NCBI GenBank assembly: GCA_032718475.1 | Contig: JAUCBJ010006157.1 | Coordinates: forward strand, 1 to 64,000 | DNA: 64,000 bases | Source: Nemertoderma westbladi | Taxonomy: Eukaryota; Animalia; Xenacoelomorpha | Direction: 5' to 3' | Part shown: positions 54,201 to 62,939 of the stretch, in pieces | How positions within the stretch are numbered: the first letter of the stretch is position 1 | Layout: every line of letters begins with the position of its first letter | Position numbers and translations under genes: made by a program | Notes under the pieces: model-generated | Database searches by the model: none | The model's input: the letters and a program-made list of their open reading frames with translations, nothing else | What the model was told of the DNA's origin: nothing

Positions 54201-54890
54201 CAGTTAGTAGTGAGGGACGCATTGGTTCTAGGACTGACTACTGATCAGTTAGTAGTGAGGGACGCATTGGTTCTAGGACTGACTACTGATCAGTTAGTAG
54301 TGAGGGACGCATTGGTTCTAGGACTGACTACTGATCAGTTAGTAGTGAGGGACGCATTGGTTCTAGGACTGACTACTGATCAGTTAGTAGTGAGGGACGC
54401 ATTGGTTCTAGGACTGACTACTGATCAGTTAGTAGTGAGGGACGCATTGGTTCTAGGACTGACTACTGATCAGTTAGTAGTGAGGGACGCATTGGTTCTA
54501 GGACTGACTACTGATCAGTTAGTAGTGAGGGACGCATTGGTTCTAGGACTGACTACTGATCAGTTAGTAGTGAGGGACGCATTGGTTCTAGGACTGACTA
54601 CTGACCAGTTAGTAGTGAGGGACGCATTGGTTCTAGGATTGGCCTCTGATGTAATCACCTAGCCTATAGTTTCTGTGGTTTGGTGATGGTTCTGGTTGGG
54701 TTGTATCGAGTTTGGGATAATGTGTTTCAACTATTTAATCGTTTTCTTTTTTTAGGATTTCAACTCTTTGTTCAAGAAATTAACGCAACCGATAACAAAG
54801 ACTCATGACATCGAACTTTTAGAAGAGAAACGATGGAGCGACAATTGGGACATAACGATTTCTGAAATACGGGCCATTTATTCAAAATAA
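7427..54890 (+). CDS. CCDC180: Coiled-coil domain-containing protein 180-like gene, 5'-truncated by the window; 22 visible exons (3,480 nt, about 1,159 aa + stop)
   Basis: Exons join in frame across 21 introns (20 GT-AG, 1 GC-AG). Peptides match motifs I recall for CCDC180: LHEPRTRRVEKDVRNVRAAELVLH, FRVFSDGGNFCPDEI, RFDKKYMVFGDK, YYRQKGPRPPTRP...CAETIISKLQNYLSQADDYH, LRPGLGHP...LCDDEEERQ, and C-terminal EEKRWSDNWDITISEIRAIY. Identification is from memory of the family, not from a search. Confidence 0.88.
7683..7856 (+). CDS. CCDC180: CCDC180-like exon 2
   Basis: ctacag|CGA...AGG|gttagt; RNLERQ...MWDEHK...CRHKHDSLNR; phase 0/0. Confidence 0.82.
8142..8299 (+). CDS. CCDC180: CCDC180-like exon 3
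   Basis: ctatag|GAA...GAGAG|gtgagt; ERENNLDIILDKLRQEATE...QQQVDIVE; phase 0/2. Confidence 0.85.
8273..14070. repeat. 68-bp tandem array (about 85 copies) spanning the exon-3 splice donor
   Basis: Unit gttgatattgtagagag|gtgagttgctaccacaatatagtatgtcagctggtgtaggttcaacagtag. Confidence 0.97.
14211..14295 (+). CDS. CCDC180: CCDC180-like exon 4 (followed by a GC-AG intron)
   Basis: ttacag|G TAT CCA...CCT GAG|gcaagt; YPNMIKRQLIYYDESICKFFDLSRLHPE; phase 2/0. Confidence 0.78.
14427..14547 (+). CDS. CCDC180: CCDC180-like exon 5
   Basis: ccacag|GAC...GAA G|gtgagt; phase 0/1. Confidence 0.75.
14695..14832 (+). CDS. CCDC180: CCDC180-like exon 6
   Basis: tttcag|GA...TCT G|gtatgc; contains ILETSQGTTFYVLS; phase 1/1. 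Confidence 0.8.
15190..15373 (+). CDS. CCDC180: CCDC180-like exon 7
   Basis: tctcag|TT...ATC AG|gttagc; acidic linker; phase 1/2. Confidence 0.75.
15580..15749 (+). CDS. CCDC180: CCDC180-like exon 8
   Basis: aatcag|G AAT GAA ATG...GCG G|gttcgt; MLEHLETW...LHEPRTRRVEKDVRNVRA; phase 2/1. Confidence 0.85.
15862..16042 (+). CDS. CCDC180: CCDC180-like exon 9
   Basis: ttctag|CT GAG...AAA AG|gttagt; ELVLHRARVEQH...; phase 1/2. Confidence 0.85.
16612..19411. repeat. 35-bp tandem array (about 80 copies), mid-intron
   Basis: Unit tgtctagtttactgtgatctagtactgttactgaa. Confidence 0.97.
19591..20697. repeat. 56-bp tandem array (about 20 copies, some 60-bp variants), mid-intron
   Basis: Unit ctatttcacccaacctagaactataattcatttcaaccccaccataacgtcataca. 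Confidence 0.96.
21267..21413 (+). CDS. CCDC180: CCDC180-like exon 10 (acceptor uncertain)
   Basis: ataaag|G TTG CAG GAA...TTC AG|gtaaga; LQELSKQL...RNFRQRLD...LRDSNGLFIQSF; phase 2/2. The acceptor is pyrimidine-poor. Confidence 0.72.
21561..21737 (+). CDS. CCDC180: CCDC180-like exon 11
   Basis: tttcag|G GTA TTT TCT GAC GGT GGA AAC...GAC AG|gtagtt; VFSDGGNFCPDEI; phase 2/2. Confidence 0.87.
21825..22008 (+). CDS. CCDC180: CCDC180-like exon 12
   Basis: ccatag|A TTT AAG...AAA GAG|gtaggc; FKHHFTDLVYLEKVGRWLTNTQVNIKAEVA...NPNLEKE; phase 2/0. Confidence 0.87.
21986..22710. repeat. 36-bp tandem array (about 20 copies) spanning the exon-12 splice donor
   Basis: Unit gtaggcatttattgtaaccctaatctagagacagag. 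Confidence 0.96.
24161..24218. repeat. (AATC)n microsatellite
   Basis: About 14 perfect copies just upstream of the exon-13 acceptor. Confidence 0.9.
24238..24500 (+). CDS. CCDC180: CCDC180-like exon 13
   Basis: ttgcag|CGA ATA ACT...CTA AA|gtgagt; phase 0/2. Confidence 0.82.
24860..25045 (+). CDS. CCDC180: CCDC180-like exon 14
   Basis: ctttag|G GCC CAG...GGA AG|gtaata; low-complexity linker; phase 2/2. Confidence 0.75.
25835..26746 (+). mobile_element. Non-autonomous DNA element with internal subrepeats, a (GAC)n tract and asymmetric ends (HINE/Helentron-like, unclassified)
   Basis: About 26,325-26,746 is a near-identical reverse complement of 60,315-60,737. The left end acacgaagtggggccttcgcgcagcacg also matches the other end of that copy. 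Confidence 0.8.
26821..26895 (+). CDS. CCDC180: CCDC180-like exon 15
   Basis: ttgcag|C GCA AAA...GAC GG|gtaggt; AKSGKGPRFDKKYMVFGDKSDVID; phase 2/2. Confidence 0.82.
26863..35780. repeat. 36-bp tandem array (about 248 copies) spanning the exon-15 splice donor
   Basis: Unit gtgttt(gg/ac)agataagtcggatgttattgacgg|gtag. Confidence 0.97.
35870..36340. mobile_element. MITE with terminal inverted repeats
   Basis: caggcccgtagccggg ... cctggctacgggcctg, with TTA on both flanks; internal aaaagggcacttt subrepeats and poly-G; superfamily not determined. Confidence 0.75.
36669..36880 (+). CDS. CCDC180: CCDC180-like exon 16
   Basis: tttcag|G AAT TTT...CAA G|gtgagt; GLLALAEVYYRQKGPRPPTRP; phase 2/1. Confidence 0.88.
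36976..37136 (+). CDS. CCDC180: CCDC180-like exon 17
   Basis: ttgcag|AA TTA AGA...TTA CGG|gtgggt; phase 1/0. Confidence 0.82.
37548..37636. repeat. Perfect inverted repeat, 41-bp arms with a 7-nt loop
   Basis: tattgtttacgtggtaaccatgacggcgttaagtaatgtcc-ccttagt-ggacattacttaacgccgtcatggttaccacgtaaacaata. Confidence 0.93.
37860..38019 (+). CDS. CCDC180: CCDC180-like exon 18
   Basis: ttttag|GCT ACA...GCC A|gtaagt; LRPGLGHP...LCDDEEERQ; phase 0/1. Confidence 0.86.
38017..44430. repeat. 41-bp tandem array (about 155 copies) starting at the exon-18 splice donor
   Basis: Unit gtaa(g/c)ttcctctactgctatctgttatctggtagttcacca. Confidence 0.97.
44550..44636 (+). CDS. CCDC180: CCDC180-like exon 19
   Basis: tttcag|GT GAA...GGC A|gtaagt; SESLLLHYDYMVVIDDV; phase 1/1. 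Confidence 0.82.
44665..44787. mobile_element. Short foldback MITE-like element
   Basis: cactcaccggtgcgacagcggtaaactacc pairs imperfectly with ggtagtttatcgctgacgcaccagtgaatg. Confidence 0.6.
45067..45160 (+). CDS. CCDC180: CCDC180-like exon 20
   Basis: tttcag|AA ATA...ATT CG|gttagt; ELVRRKTLGESL...VPVPI; phase 1/2. Confidence 0.8.
45143..50995. repeat. 30-bp tandem array (about 195 copies) spanning the exon-20 splice donor
   Basis: Unit gttagtaactgaggttcctgtaccaattcg; the exon ends ggttccggtaccaattcg|gttagt. Confidence 0.97.
51600..53360. repeat. 21-bp degenerate tandem array (about 80 copies), mid-intron
   Basis: Unit cagttgtgtgagcggactata, more diverged toward the 3' end. Confidence 0.95.
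53640..53898 (+). CDS. CCDC180: CCDC180-like exon 21
   Basis: gtttag|G GGG CGT...TTA CAG|gtaaga; GRGTWEGI...TKAHEAVVKARESALQ; phase 2/0. Confidence 0.84.
53973..54638. repeat. 45-bp tandem array (about 15 copies) derived from the start of intron 21
   Basis: Unit ggactgactactgatcagttagtagtgagggacgcattggttcta; gactgactactgatcagttagtag also follows the real donor at 53,899. Confidence 0.95.
54756..54890 (+). CDS. CCDC180: CCDC180-like terminal coding exon 22
   Basis: ttttag|GAT TTC...AAA TAA; EEKRWSDNWDITISEIRAIYSK*. Confidence 0.85.
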   Translation, partial: DFNSLFKKLTQPITKTHDIELLEEKRWSDNWDITISEIRAIYSK

Positions 54891-55049
54891 ATACTAACAT
54901 AGATGACAAATACTCGCAGAGAACTTTCAAAACTATTGTCGTCATAGTTTTGTTTATGTAGTTCTCAACTTACTTAATAATTTTATATGTAGCCGAATTC
55001 TTGTAAACATTTATGTAATTCTTGTAAATATGTAAATCTTATATTTCGT

Positions 55050-55055
55050 AATAAA
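55050..55055 (+). terminator. Candidate polyadenylation signal of the CCDC180-like gene
   Basis: AATAAA 160 nt after the stop codon, followed by GT/T-rich sequence. Confidence 0.45.
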
Positions 55056-55114
55056 TTTTGCCGGTGTGTAATTTGGTGGAATAATTATACCAGAATACTG
55101 TAAGAACCTGAACG

Positions 55115-55190
55115 TCTAAATGGTTAAACACCCATACAGTAATCTAAATGGTTAAACACCCATACAGTAATCTAAATGGTTAAACACCCA
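55115..55190. repeat. 28-bp direct repeat, about 2.7 copies
   Basis: tctaaatggttaaacacccatacagtaa at 55,115 and 55,143, partial copy at 55,171. Confidence 0.85.
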
Positions 55191-55749
55191 CCAAATTTAT
55201 GTACTTGAGTATATTGAGTGATTGACTATAATTAAATTTGACTTAATTAAATGTATATTGTCAGATAGTCCTAGAGTTGGAGTGCAGCTCCTACATATTT
55301 CACACAGCTCTACGGATGTACAGAACTCAAATCCTAAGAATTTTTTGTAAATGAGTGACGAGTGAGGGCGAATTTTACTGTTATTACACCACCTGACTTC
55401 ATGAAATCCCACTCTTATCCTCAACCAAACCGATCCGATATATACATACAGTAGTCATATTCAACGTGTGAAGAGACCGCCATTTGAAGGGCATTGACAC
55501 CATTATTGATTATCGCCGATTAATAGCTTCCTTTTAAGAAGTAAATGAATAACAAACAATTTTATGTTGATAATAATGTTTGTGACACCATTAACGATTA
55601 AAAGTCGATAAATGATTAAAAATAATTTATGTTGATAATTTTGTTTGAATTAAGTGGAAGGGTTTGTTTTTGTCATGTATAATTACATGGATGTTTGGTT
55701 AATTTTGTTAAATAATAAGACCTGTTTATATAGTTTGAGTACTGTAGCT

Positions 55750-55789
55750 AGATAAAGATATATCTATTTCTTTGCAAATTGTATAAATA
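55750..55789 (+). promoter_or_regulatory. Candidate core promoter of the protease gene (GATA sites and TATA box)
   Basis: agataaagata at about 55,750 and TATAAATA at 55,782-55,789, about 80 nt before the ATG. Confidence 0.55.
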
Positions 55790-55870
55790 GGTGACAGATT
55801 TCATCCTGCCACATAGCTTCTAGAGCCACCTACTAAATTCATCAGAGTATTTCGTATAACTGTAATCAAC

Positions 55871-57178
55871 ATGATTCCTTTCTTCTTTGTGTTACTGGCC
55901 ACATCGGCCCTGGGCCAACAGCAATGCGGACAGAAATCGTCTAAAATAGTAGGTGGTGATGAAGCTCAAAAAAACAGTTGGCCGTGGCAGGTAAGAAGGA
56001 ATTCAAGGACTTCTGGAAGGTCTACAACTGGTAATGGTCATGTAAATCTATTGGTCTACGTAGCACAATTACTTGTATTAGTAGTATCAATTTTAATTTT
56101 TAGCCGTGTTCAAGTTCCAATGAAAGGGAAAAATAACTATTTAGAATCTTATAGTTGACCCACTAACCGTAACCTAAAAATACTGAGAGTAAATAAGTGT
56201 TATATCGGCAATGTATACATATTTTCCTAGGTGTCACTGCAAGGCTGGAACGGTCATTTTTGTGGTGGAAGTATTATAAATGAGAATTGGATTGTCACTG
56301 CCAGTCACTGCATCCAGAACCAAATGGCGTGGGGCGTTACTGTTGTAGCTGGGGAACATAGTCTACGCTACAGTGATGGAACTGAGGTAAAGTAACTTTA
56401 TATTCCTTTAACTTTATATAATAATTAGTATATTTAGTATTACCATTAATTCAAGATACTGTTATTAGTAACTCTTTCGTTACTAAAAACGAATTGTGAA
56501 GAGGTTAGGCTTTCATCTACAATACTTGAGATAAATTTTATAATCAACCCAAATTTTATTGTTTTAAGGCGCGACATAGTGCCAGTAAACTTATCCAACA
56601 CGAGAGATTTGATTCCTACAACCTTGTCAACGACATCGCTCTCATAAAACTGCAGTCACCACTGCGATTCAACAACGCAATCAGTCCTATCTGTCTACCT
56701 GAGCAAGGGTTCACAGCACCTCATCATCATCCCGAGTGCTACGCTACTGGGTGGGGCGAGAGCATGGGAACCGGTGACAGCTCAGTACTACGTCAGGTGG
56801 TGCTACCTCCTTGGGATAAACAGAAGTAAGTTGACTCAAGTTACTTAAATAACTAATAATTTTTTGGGGTAACAAATAATTATTCCTTGTTCTGAGCCTG
56901 TAATAATTAAGGTTCTGATTTTTAGATGCGTTCAGCAAACCGGATGGGGTAGTGCTGTTTCTCACCCTGGTATGGTCTGCACTGGTTTACCGGATGGCTC
57001 TTCGGCTTGCTTTGGTGACTCTGGCGGACCCCTGAGCTGCAACCTGGGTGGTCGATGGGTTCTCATTGGAGCAACTAGTTATGGTAGAAGACATTGCTAC
57101 GATCCCCAATATCCCAGCATTTACGCAAATGTTGCCAACTACAGAGATTGGATTGATCAAAAGATCCAATCAAATTAA
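55871..57178 (+). CDS. Secreted S1A (chymotrypsin/elastase-like) serine protease, 4 exons: 55871-55990, 56231-56386, 56569-56825, 56926-57178; about 261 aa
   Basis: Signal peptide [15 protein letters not shown]; activation site K|IVGG; SWPWQVSLQ; catalytic His in TASHC, Asp in NDIALIKL, Ser in GDSGGP; residue 189 is Ser, so not trypsin-like; GT-AG introns in phases 0, 0, 2. Confidence 0.93.
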
Positions 57179-58369
57179 ACTCCAAAAATATAGGTTTATT
57201 TAGGTGATGGTTGATCTAATTCTGGTTCCTGGCGAAAATTGTTATCTATTTTAATTTGTGACTTTGTTATAATATGAATATGATGCATAATGATCAGATA
57301 TTATAGGCCATACCCATTTCTATCGAAGGCACCGAAATTATTTATTCTCCCTTTCACACCTATAAAAGTTGTTCAAAATGATGAATGTTAATAATTCTTA
57401 GTTCATCGTTCATGACTAAGGAGCAGTGACAGGATACGATACGAAGCGAAAACGGATTTTCATATTGGAGTATTTTTTCGTATCGAATTTTGTATCGTAT
57501 CATAAAAATTGACTTCGTATCGTGTAATACGAATAAATATTTTTCGTATTTCGTATCGTATTTTCGTATCTTATTATTTTGTAAATATTAGTATTTTCTG
57601 TTTTCAACAGTAAAGCCAAAAATCACACCACTTATTTATTTAGGGTTTTTTTCAAAATTAGATAGTAAATTAAGTTACAGGTTAGAATTTCATTATGTCA
57701 ATAAAATGTAAACAGGATCGTTAATCAAATTGTAATTAACTGTAGAGATAAAAAGACCACTGAAATATAATCTAATTATAGTTTAAATAAAGTTATAAAA
57801 AATGTAGAGTTGTCTCGTGTCCATCTCGTTATCTAGCTGGCCAATCTCTCTACCTGCCGTGTGGTTAGTTACATACAACCCCCCCCCCTCCACTCGCATT
57901 CCCAGCAACTGGCTGCCTTACACACACATCCTTCCCATCTACAGTATGTACCAGCCAACTTGCATGTCGACAAATAAATGAGGCAGCATTATTAATGAGA
58001 ATCAATTTTTATGCCGTTTTAATTACTTTAGATCAATTAAAGTTAAAGACACAATTATTAAAGAAAATCACTTGAAATAATAAAAAACGTTATTGGAATG
58101 GGGTATGTGGAATACAGTTATATAATTTTGAAGTATAATTATTTAAATCTTATACTAGAAATTAATTAATATCCTTCAAGAGGCAGGTTGTAATTTCTGT
58201 TTTTACTCTAATCAACTTAATTAACTAATTAACTGCTCTTATCTTATCTTCTCGAAGGCCACACGGATATTCAACTTGGAACATTTCTAAACTTTGGCCA
58301 GACTACATGTGTACCAAGTTTGGTTAAATTTCATTAACATTTAAAACGTTATTAACGTTTAAAATTGAA

Positions 58370-59360
58370 CACAACAGAACGACAGAACAAAAGAGCAATA
58401 AAACAACAAAACAGCAGAACAACAAAACAACAAAACAACAAAACAGCAGAACAACAGAACAACAGAACAACAAAACAACAGAACAACAGAACAACAGAAC
58501 AACAGAACAACAGAACAACAGAACAACAGAACAACAGAACAACATAACAACATAACAACATACAGTACAGGCCACCAGAAAACGCAGATTTGTACAATTG
58601 CGAACACATTTTATCAAATGTGTACCAGTGTAATGTAATGTTGTTGAACGGGACAATTGAACATAATTGAACATAATTGAATTGGCAACAACCAAAATTT
58701 TTTCTCCAAAGGATACAATTGAATACTTTTGAAACGCTTAGTAAGCTGGAAACTCTCTGTAGTTTGCCGCGAACTGTCACTCACTGCAGCTGGAAATGCG
58801 ATAAGGATTTTGTTTACCTTTATAGTGTGCGGTTAATAGTGTCTAGTAGGCAGGCCTATAGTTAGTGATGTTAAGGCATCTTCTGGTGTTTCTCTGTGCC
58901 CTCTCGGTGTCAGACTAATGGCGCGACATCTCCCTGCACTAAATTAATTATTCAATGGTCTAGGTTCCTCAATCCATATACCCATCCGCACTCCCATACA
59001 CTCCATGAACCGCCATGTGGTCTTGTATGTAGTTCTCTCTCTACCAATACAGCCCATGTCCGCAATGTTACGTCCTGGGGGCTCTCTCATCTACCTGATA
59101 TCAGACATACAGGCGCACCACACACAAAGCCTTTGTCGGTCCCAGCAAGTTAGCCTCCTGCTGTGTGATCTAGAAGATAACTCGCCATAACCTGCCAATC
59201 AGATGACTTGAACAAATGTGTTCACATGTGATCACATTGGATGAAATCTGCTTTTTCTGGTGGCCTGTACTGTAACAACAGAACAACAGAACAACATAAC
59301 AACAGAACAACAGAACAACAGAACAACAGAACAACAGATCAACAGAACAACAGAGCAACA
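58370..59360. repeat. (AACAACAG)n microsatellite interrupted by a MITE
   Basis: Same-strand tracts at about 58,370-58,560 and 59,275-59,360. Confidence 0.85.
58563..59272. mobile_element. Tc1/mariner-type MITE (710 bp)
   Basis: TA|cagtacaggccaccagaaaacgcagattt ... aaatctgctttttctggtggcctgtactg|TA: about 29-bp TIRs starting CAGT, with a TA target duplication. Confidence 0.85.
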
Positions 59361-59385
59361 GACACACCGATTGAGTTGGGGTTGG

Positions 59386-59630
59386 GAGTGTCGCAGTGTC
59401 CGAGTGGATATGGCGCCTGAACTGCTTACACAATAGTGTATGGTGGCGCAGGTTCGAATCCGACTAAAGGCTGTAGAAATTTCGCACTGTTGTGTGCCTA
59501 GGCAAGACACTTTAGACATTAGTGCCTACGTCAACCCAGCGGTATAATGGGAACCTGGCTTTGCTGGGGTAATGATAATAAAAGCGCTTTGAGTATGCCG
59601 AGCATAATAAAGCGCTATATAAATAACCAA

Positions 59631-59661
<31 letters not shown>

Positions 59662-59667
59662 TATTAC
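59386..59667 (+). mobile_element. tRNA-derived SINE with a conserved-type central domain and L2-like 3' tail
   Basis: A box gtgtccgagtgg; B box ggttcgaatcc; central gtgcctaggcaagacactt...caacccagcggtataatggg; tail aagcgctttgag...aagcgctatataaat + (TTA)n. Confidence 0.8.
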
Positions 59668-59929
59668 CTGTATGCTAAGCTCGCTTACTTTCGTCGCTCG
59701 CCCCACAGGGCAACAGATAGATTGAGAGAGGCTAATGGTTTCTGCCCTGACCAATCGGTGGCAGGAGCAGCTGTTTTGCTATTGGCTGGTGTCATTTGAT
59801 TAATCGGTTGTTCTTCTTAATTAATTATCTTTCCTATCTATTGGTGGTGACATAATGTTAGGATGCCGTCACCTACAGTAGTAGGTTAGTCTGCTATCCA
59901 CTGTACCAATAAATATATACTAAACAATA

Positions 59930-61008
59930 CTGCCGTGCAATGTAAAAAGACCGCAAGTCACAAAAAGTCATTTCGAGTAAAACGCAAATTAGTGTTTGCC
60001 TTCAGATTGTTGGTTTAAAATGTCCGTAAATTACTAATTTTTTATTAACCCTACGCAATTGGGGGTGGGAAATTTTTCTACGTGAATTAATTTTCACTTT
60101 CCATTAATATTTTGACTTCAGGGTAATTTTTTGTACTTACGGTATTTTTGCATTGTACGTACTGTACAACCTATGTAAATACATATTTTAAGACATATAT
60201 TTCAAAAAAACCGTATGTGCGTTTTCTTATTATCTATGCAATGACAAAACACCGCAAGTCTTGTTGACTTACGGTTTTTTGGCATAAATTTAAGTGACTG
60301 ACGGTCTTTTAACATTGTGGGGCGAGCCACGAAGTTGGCGGAGCCTTAGCGAATTGACACTGTTAGGGGGTGGGTCAATTTATGCAAATAGTTGTCGTCG
60401 TCGTCGTCGTCGTCGTTGTCGTCGTCGTCGTCGTCGTTGTCGTCGTCGTCGTTACGATTTTGACATGCTAATAACTTTGTCGGATTTAAAGCTGCCAAGT
60501 TGAAAATTTGTAGGTATCAATATGAGCAAAAGTTGAGATTTTTGAGAGACTTTCAGACACCATCAGTGCAATGGTCTCCCGCTAGAGGGCCACATGTCTA
60601 AACATTAAATGCCCTCCCATTTCTTTGCTTTTAATCCGTTTAAGCTGAAACTTGGCAGATATGTATTAGACCATTAGCTGTGACTTTCAAAGGAGGCGAA
60701 TCCATCTGCAGTTCTCCAGTCTGCCGCTAGAGGGCCAACGTGACAACGACAACTATTTGCATAAATTGACCCACCCCGTAACAGTGTCAATTCGCTAAGG
60801 CTTCGCCAACTTCGTGCTGCGCGAAGTCCCCACTTCGTGTAACACTATACATATGTTTTGACTTACAGCCTTTCTACATTGCATATCTCGAGAACTAGAT
60901 TAGATACGGTGTTCTCGATTATACCATTAGATAGAGCGCATTTTTTAGACCCAGAAAAAGTGAATTTTGGAAAAATGCGACTTACGATCTTTTTACATTG
61001 CACGGCAG
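59930..61008. mobile_element. Non-autonomous TIR element with a nested insertion
   Basis: ctgccgtgcaatgtaaaaagaccgcaagtc ... gacttacgatctttttacattgcacggcag (28/30 match), flanked on both sides by AATA (4-bp duplication). Confidence 0.8.
60315..60840 (-). mobile_element. Second copy of the 25,835-26,746 element, nested in the TIR element
   Basis: Near-identical reverse complement; about 70-bp subterminal inverted repeats; terminal hairpin cgaagt-cccc-acttcg; aaca on both flanks. Confidence 0.82.
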
Positions 61009-61284
61009 AATAGCTCTACATTAATATACGGAGAAGATAGCGCGGTCATGTGACATGCAATTTGGTTCTATTGGCAAGGCTCCATGCTTGTAAGTTGACC
61101 TTTGGGGTCCTTAGAAGCCGGGGTGTTAATTGTTTCCCATTTCGGTTAATAACTGTTTCAGGTGGCATATGAAATATTGACTTTCTGGGTGGGGAAGTGC
61201 CTCAGTGATCGTTCCCGTAACACTGTATATTTTGGGTAACTTGACAGGTTTTCTTCATCAATTGTTATTTATTAACTCTATTAA

Positions 61285-61315
<31 letters not shown>

Positions 61316-62939
61316 TGTCAATTTAACCCTCCCTTGGTTTTTTATTATGATTCTGAAACAAACGCAGTTGAGAATCTGAAATTTTATGACTTTTCCTCAA
61401 AATCTATTGTCTTCCTAGTAGTGAAAACCGTTTTTAAAAATATTGGGTAGTTTTCGAGTTATCGCACCATTTTTTAACCCTACTTTTGGCACTTTTTTTG
61501 AGACGTTTTTTGAAAATTACATTTCATTAAATATGAATTGTATCATCTCTATTTTTGATTTACACCGTTTTTTTTGGTGTTAGCAATTGGATGGAATTCA
61601 TATAAATTGATTTAGAAATGTCAAACATGTTTTTTTCGGCGGGTGCCAGCACCAAATTTTGAAATATGTAAATATTGTAAATTGATTGTGTTCGCGCTTT
61701 TGAAGACCTTTAGCAGTTTAACCTGCCAAAATTTATATGTCTTTTAGTTAATTAACACACCTTTAGCATACGACAATATTTTATGCTAATAGACAAAACA
61801 TTAGCCGAAGCCAGCCCATGCGCGATCATTCACCCGATGGATCTACACCCGGGAGGCTGAATTCGGATGCTTAAATTATTATTATTGCAGTGTAAGGTTG
61901 CAGCGTAAACCTACTGTATTATTCGATTGATCACTAATATGTAATTTCTGACAGATATTATTCACTTTCGGGAAATATTAACAGTTCCTTTAGGACGTGG
62001 CGCTCTATTTATTTAAACAGAGCTAGGACTTATACTAGACGCAACGATAATGCTTATGATTAAAGTATAAGGCGCATTCTTTAGGAAATGCTTTGTTACC
62101 AGTCACAGACATACACACTATTCTGCCGACCGTCAGTAAATTTGATCACACATAAAAAGAACAGCAATTGACTCAGGTAGTGTCTACTAAATAACATTAG
62201 ATTCAATACACACCACATTGATATAAATCGCAATTGTTATATGTAGCCGGTCTCTCTAACCTGTAGTGTATCAAGAAAATTGGGCAATCTGGGTGATTTA
62301 TCAATATTCTCCAAATAACAATATTTCATCAACAAATCGATACAATTAATAACTGACGGTAAATAGCAGTACAAACAGTTAAGTTAAGTTAGTGAAAGTC
62401 CGTGACGTTAAGATTAGTTAAGACTCGATTAGATTAGGTTAGGTAACAGTTATACTTTCTATAATTTAAGCGGTTGTATAAATATCAAACATCGCGTTCT
62501 TCCAAAAGGCCGATGTTCTGGCAAAAATTGGGAACACAACAACCGAATCATATGACTACGACTACTACTCTATACGAGGATACCAACTACCCTTATTCCA
62601 CGAAGCTCCCGTCCAACACAGAGGATGAGCAGTGAGATAGGAAAAATTCAGTTCAGTAGCTCTGGGATAGGTCAAAATCAACGCCAACTCAAATTCTATT
62701 GGCCGATCGAACAGAGCCCAGATCCTCTCGCACAGCAAATTAGCCAATCAGCCGGTAGCTTACACTATTCTAGCTAGGTATCCCTTTTTAGAGTATTCAG
62801 CGACTGGGGGGGATCTGGTTGGCAAGGCAAACGAATCAGTTATCCCACAAAAGCTTTTACACCGCTCCCAGAAAATGGGATTTAAGTCTATAAAATATAC
62901 AAAATCACAGTTTCTAAAATATAAAAATACTCTAAACAG

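Noticed and set aside
53970-54662. 230-aa ORF of GLTTDQLVVRDALVL repeats
   Set aside because: Translation of the 45-bp array. It is in a different frame from exon 21, whose read-through stops at 53,946.
59386-59470. Possible tRNA gene
   Set aside because: A and B boxes are present, but I could not fold a convincing cloverleaf, and the sequence continues into a SINE body and tail.
58324-59519. CCSVVLLF / NNRTTEQQ ORFs
   Set aside because: Translations of the (AACAACAG)n microsatellite.
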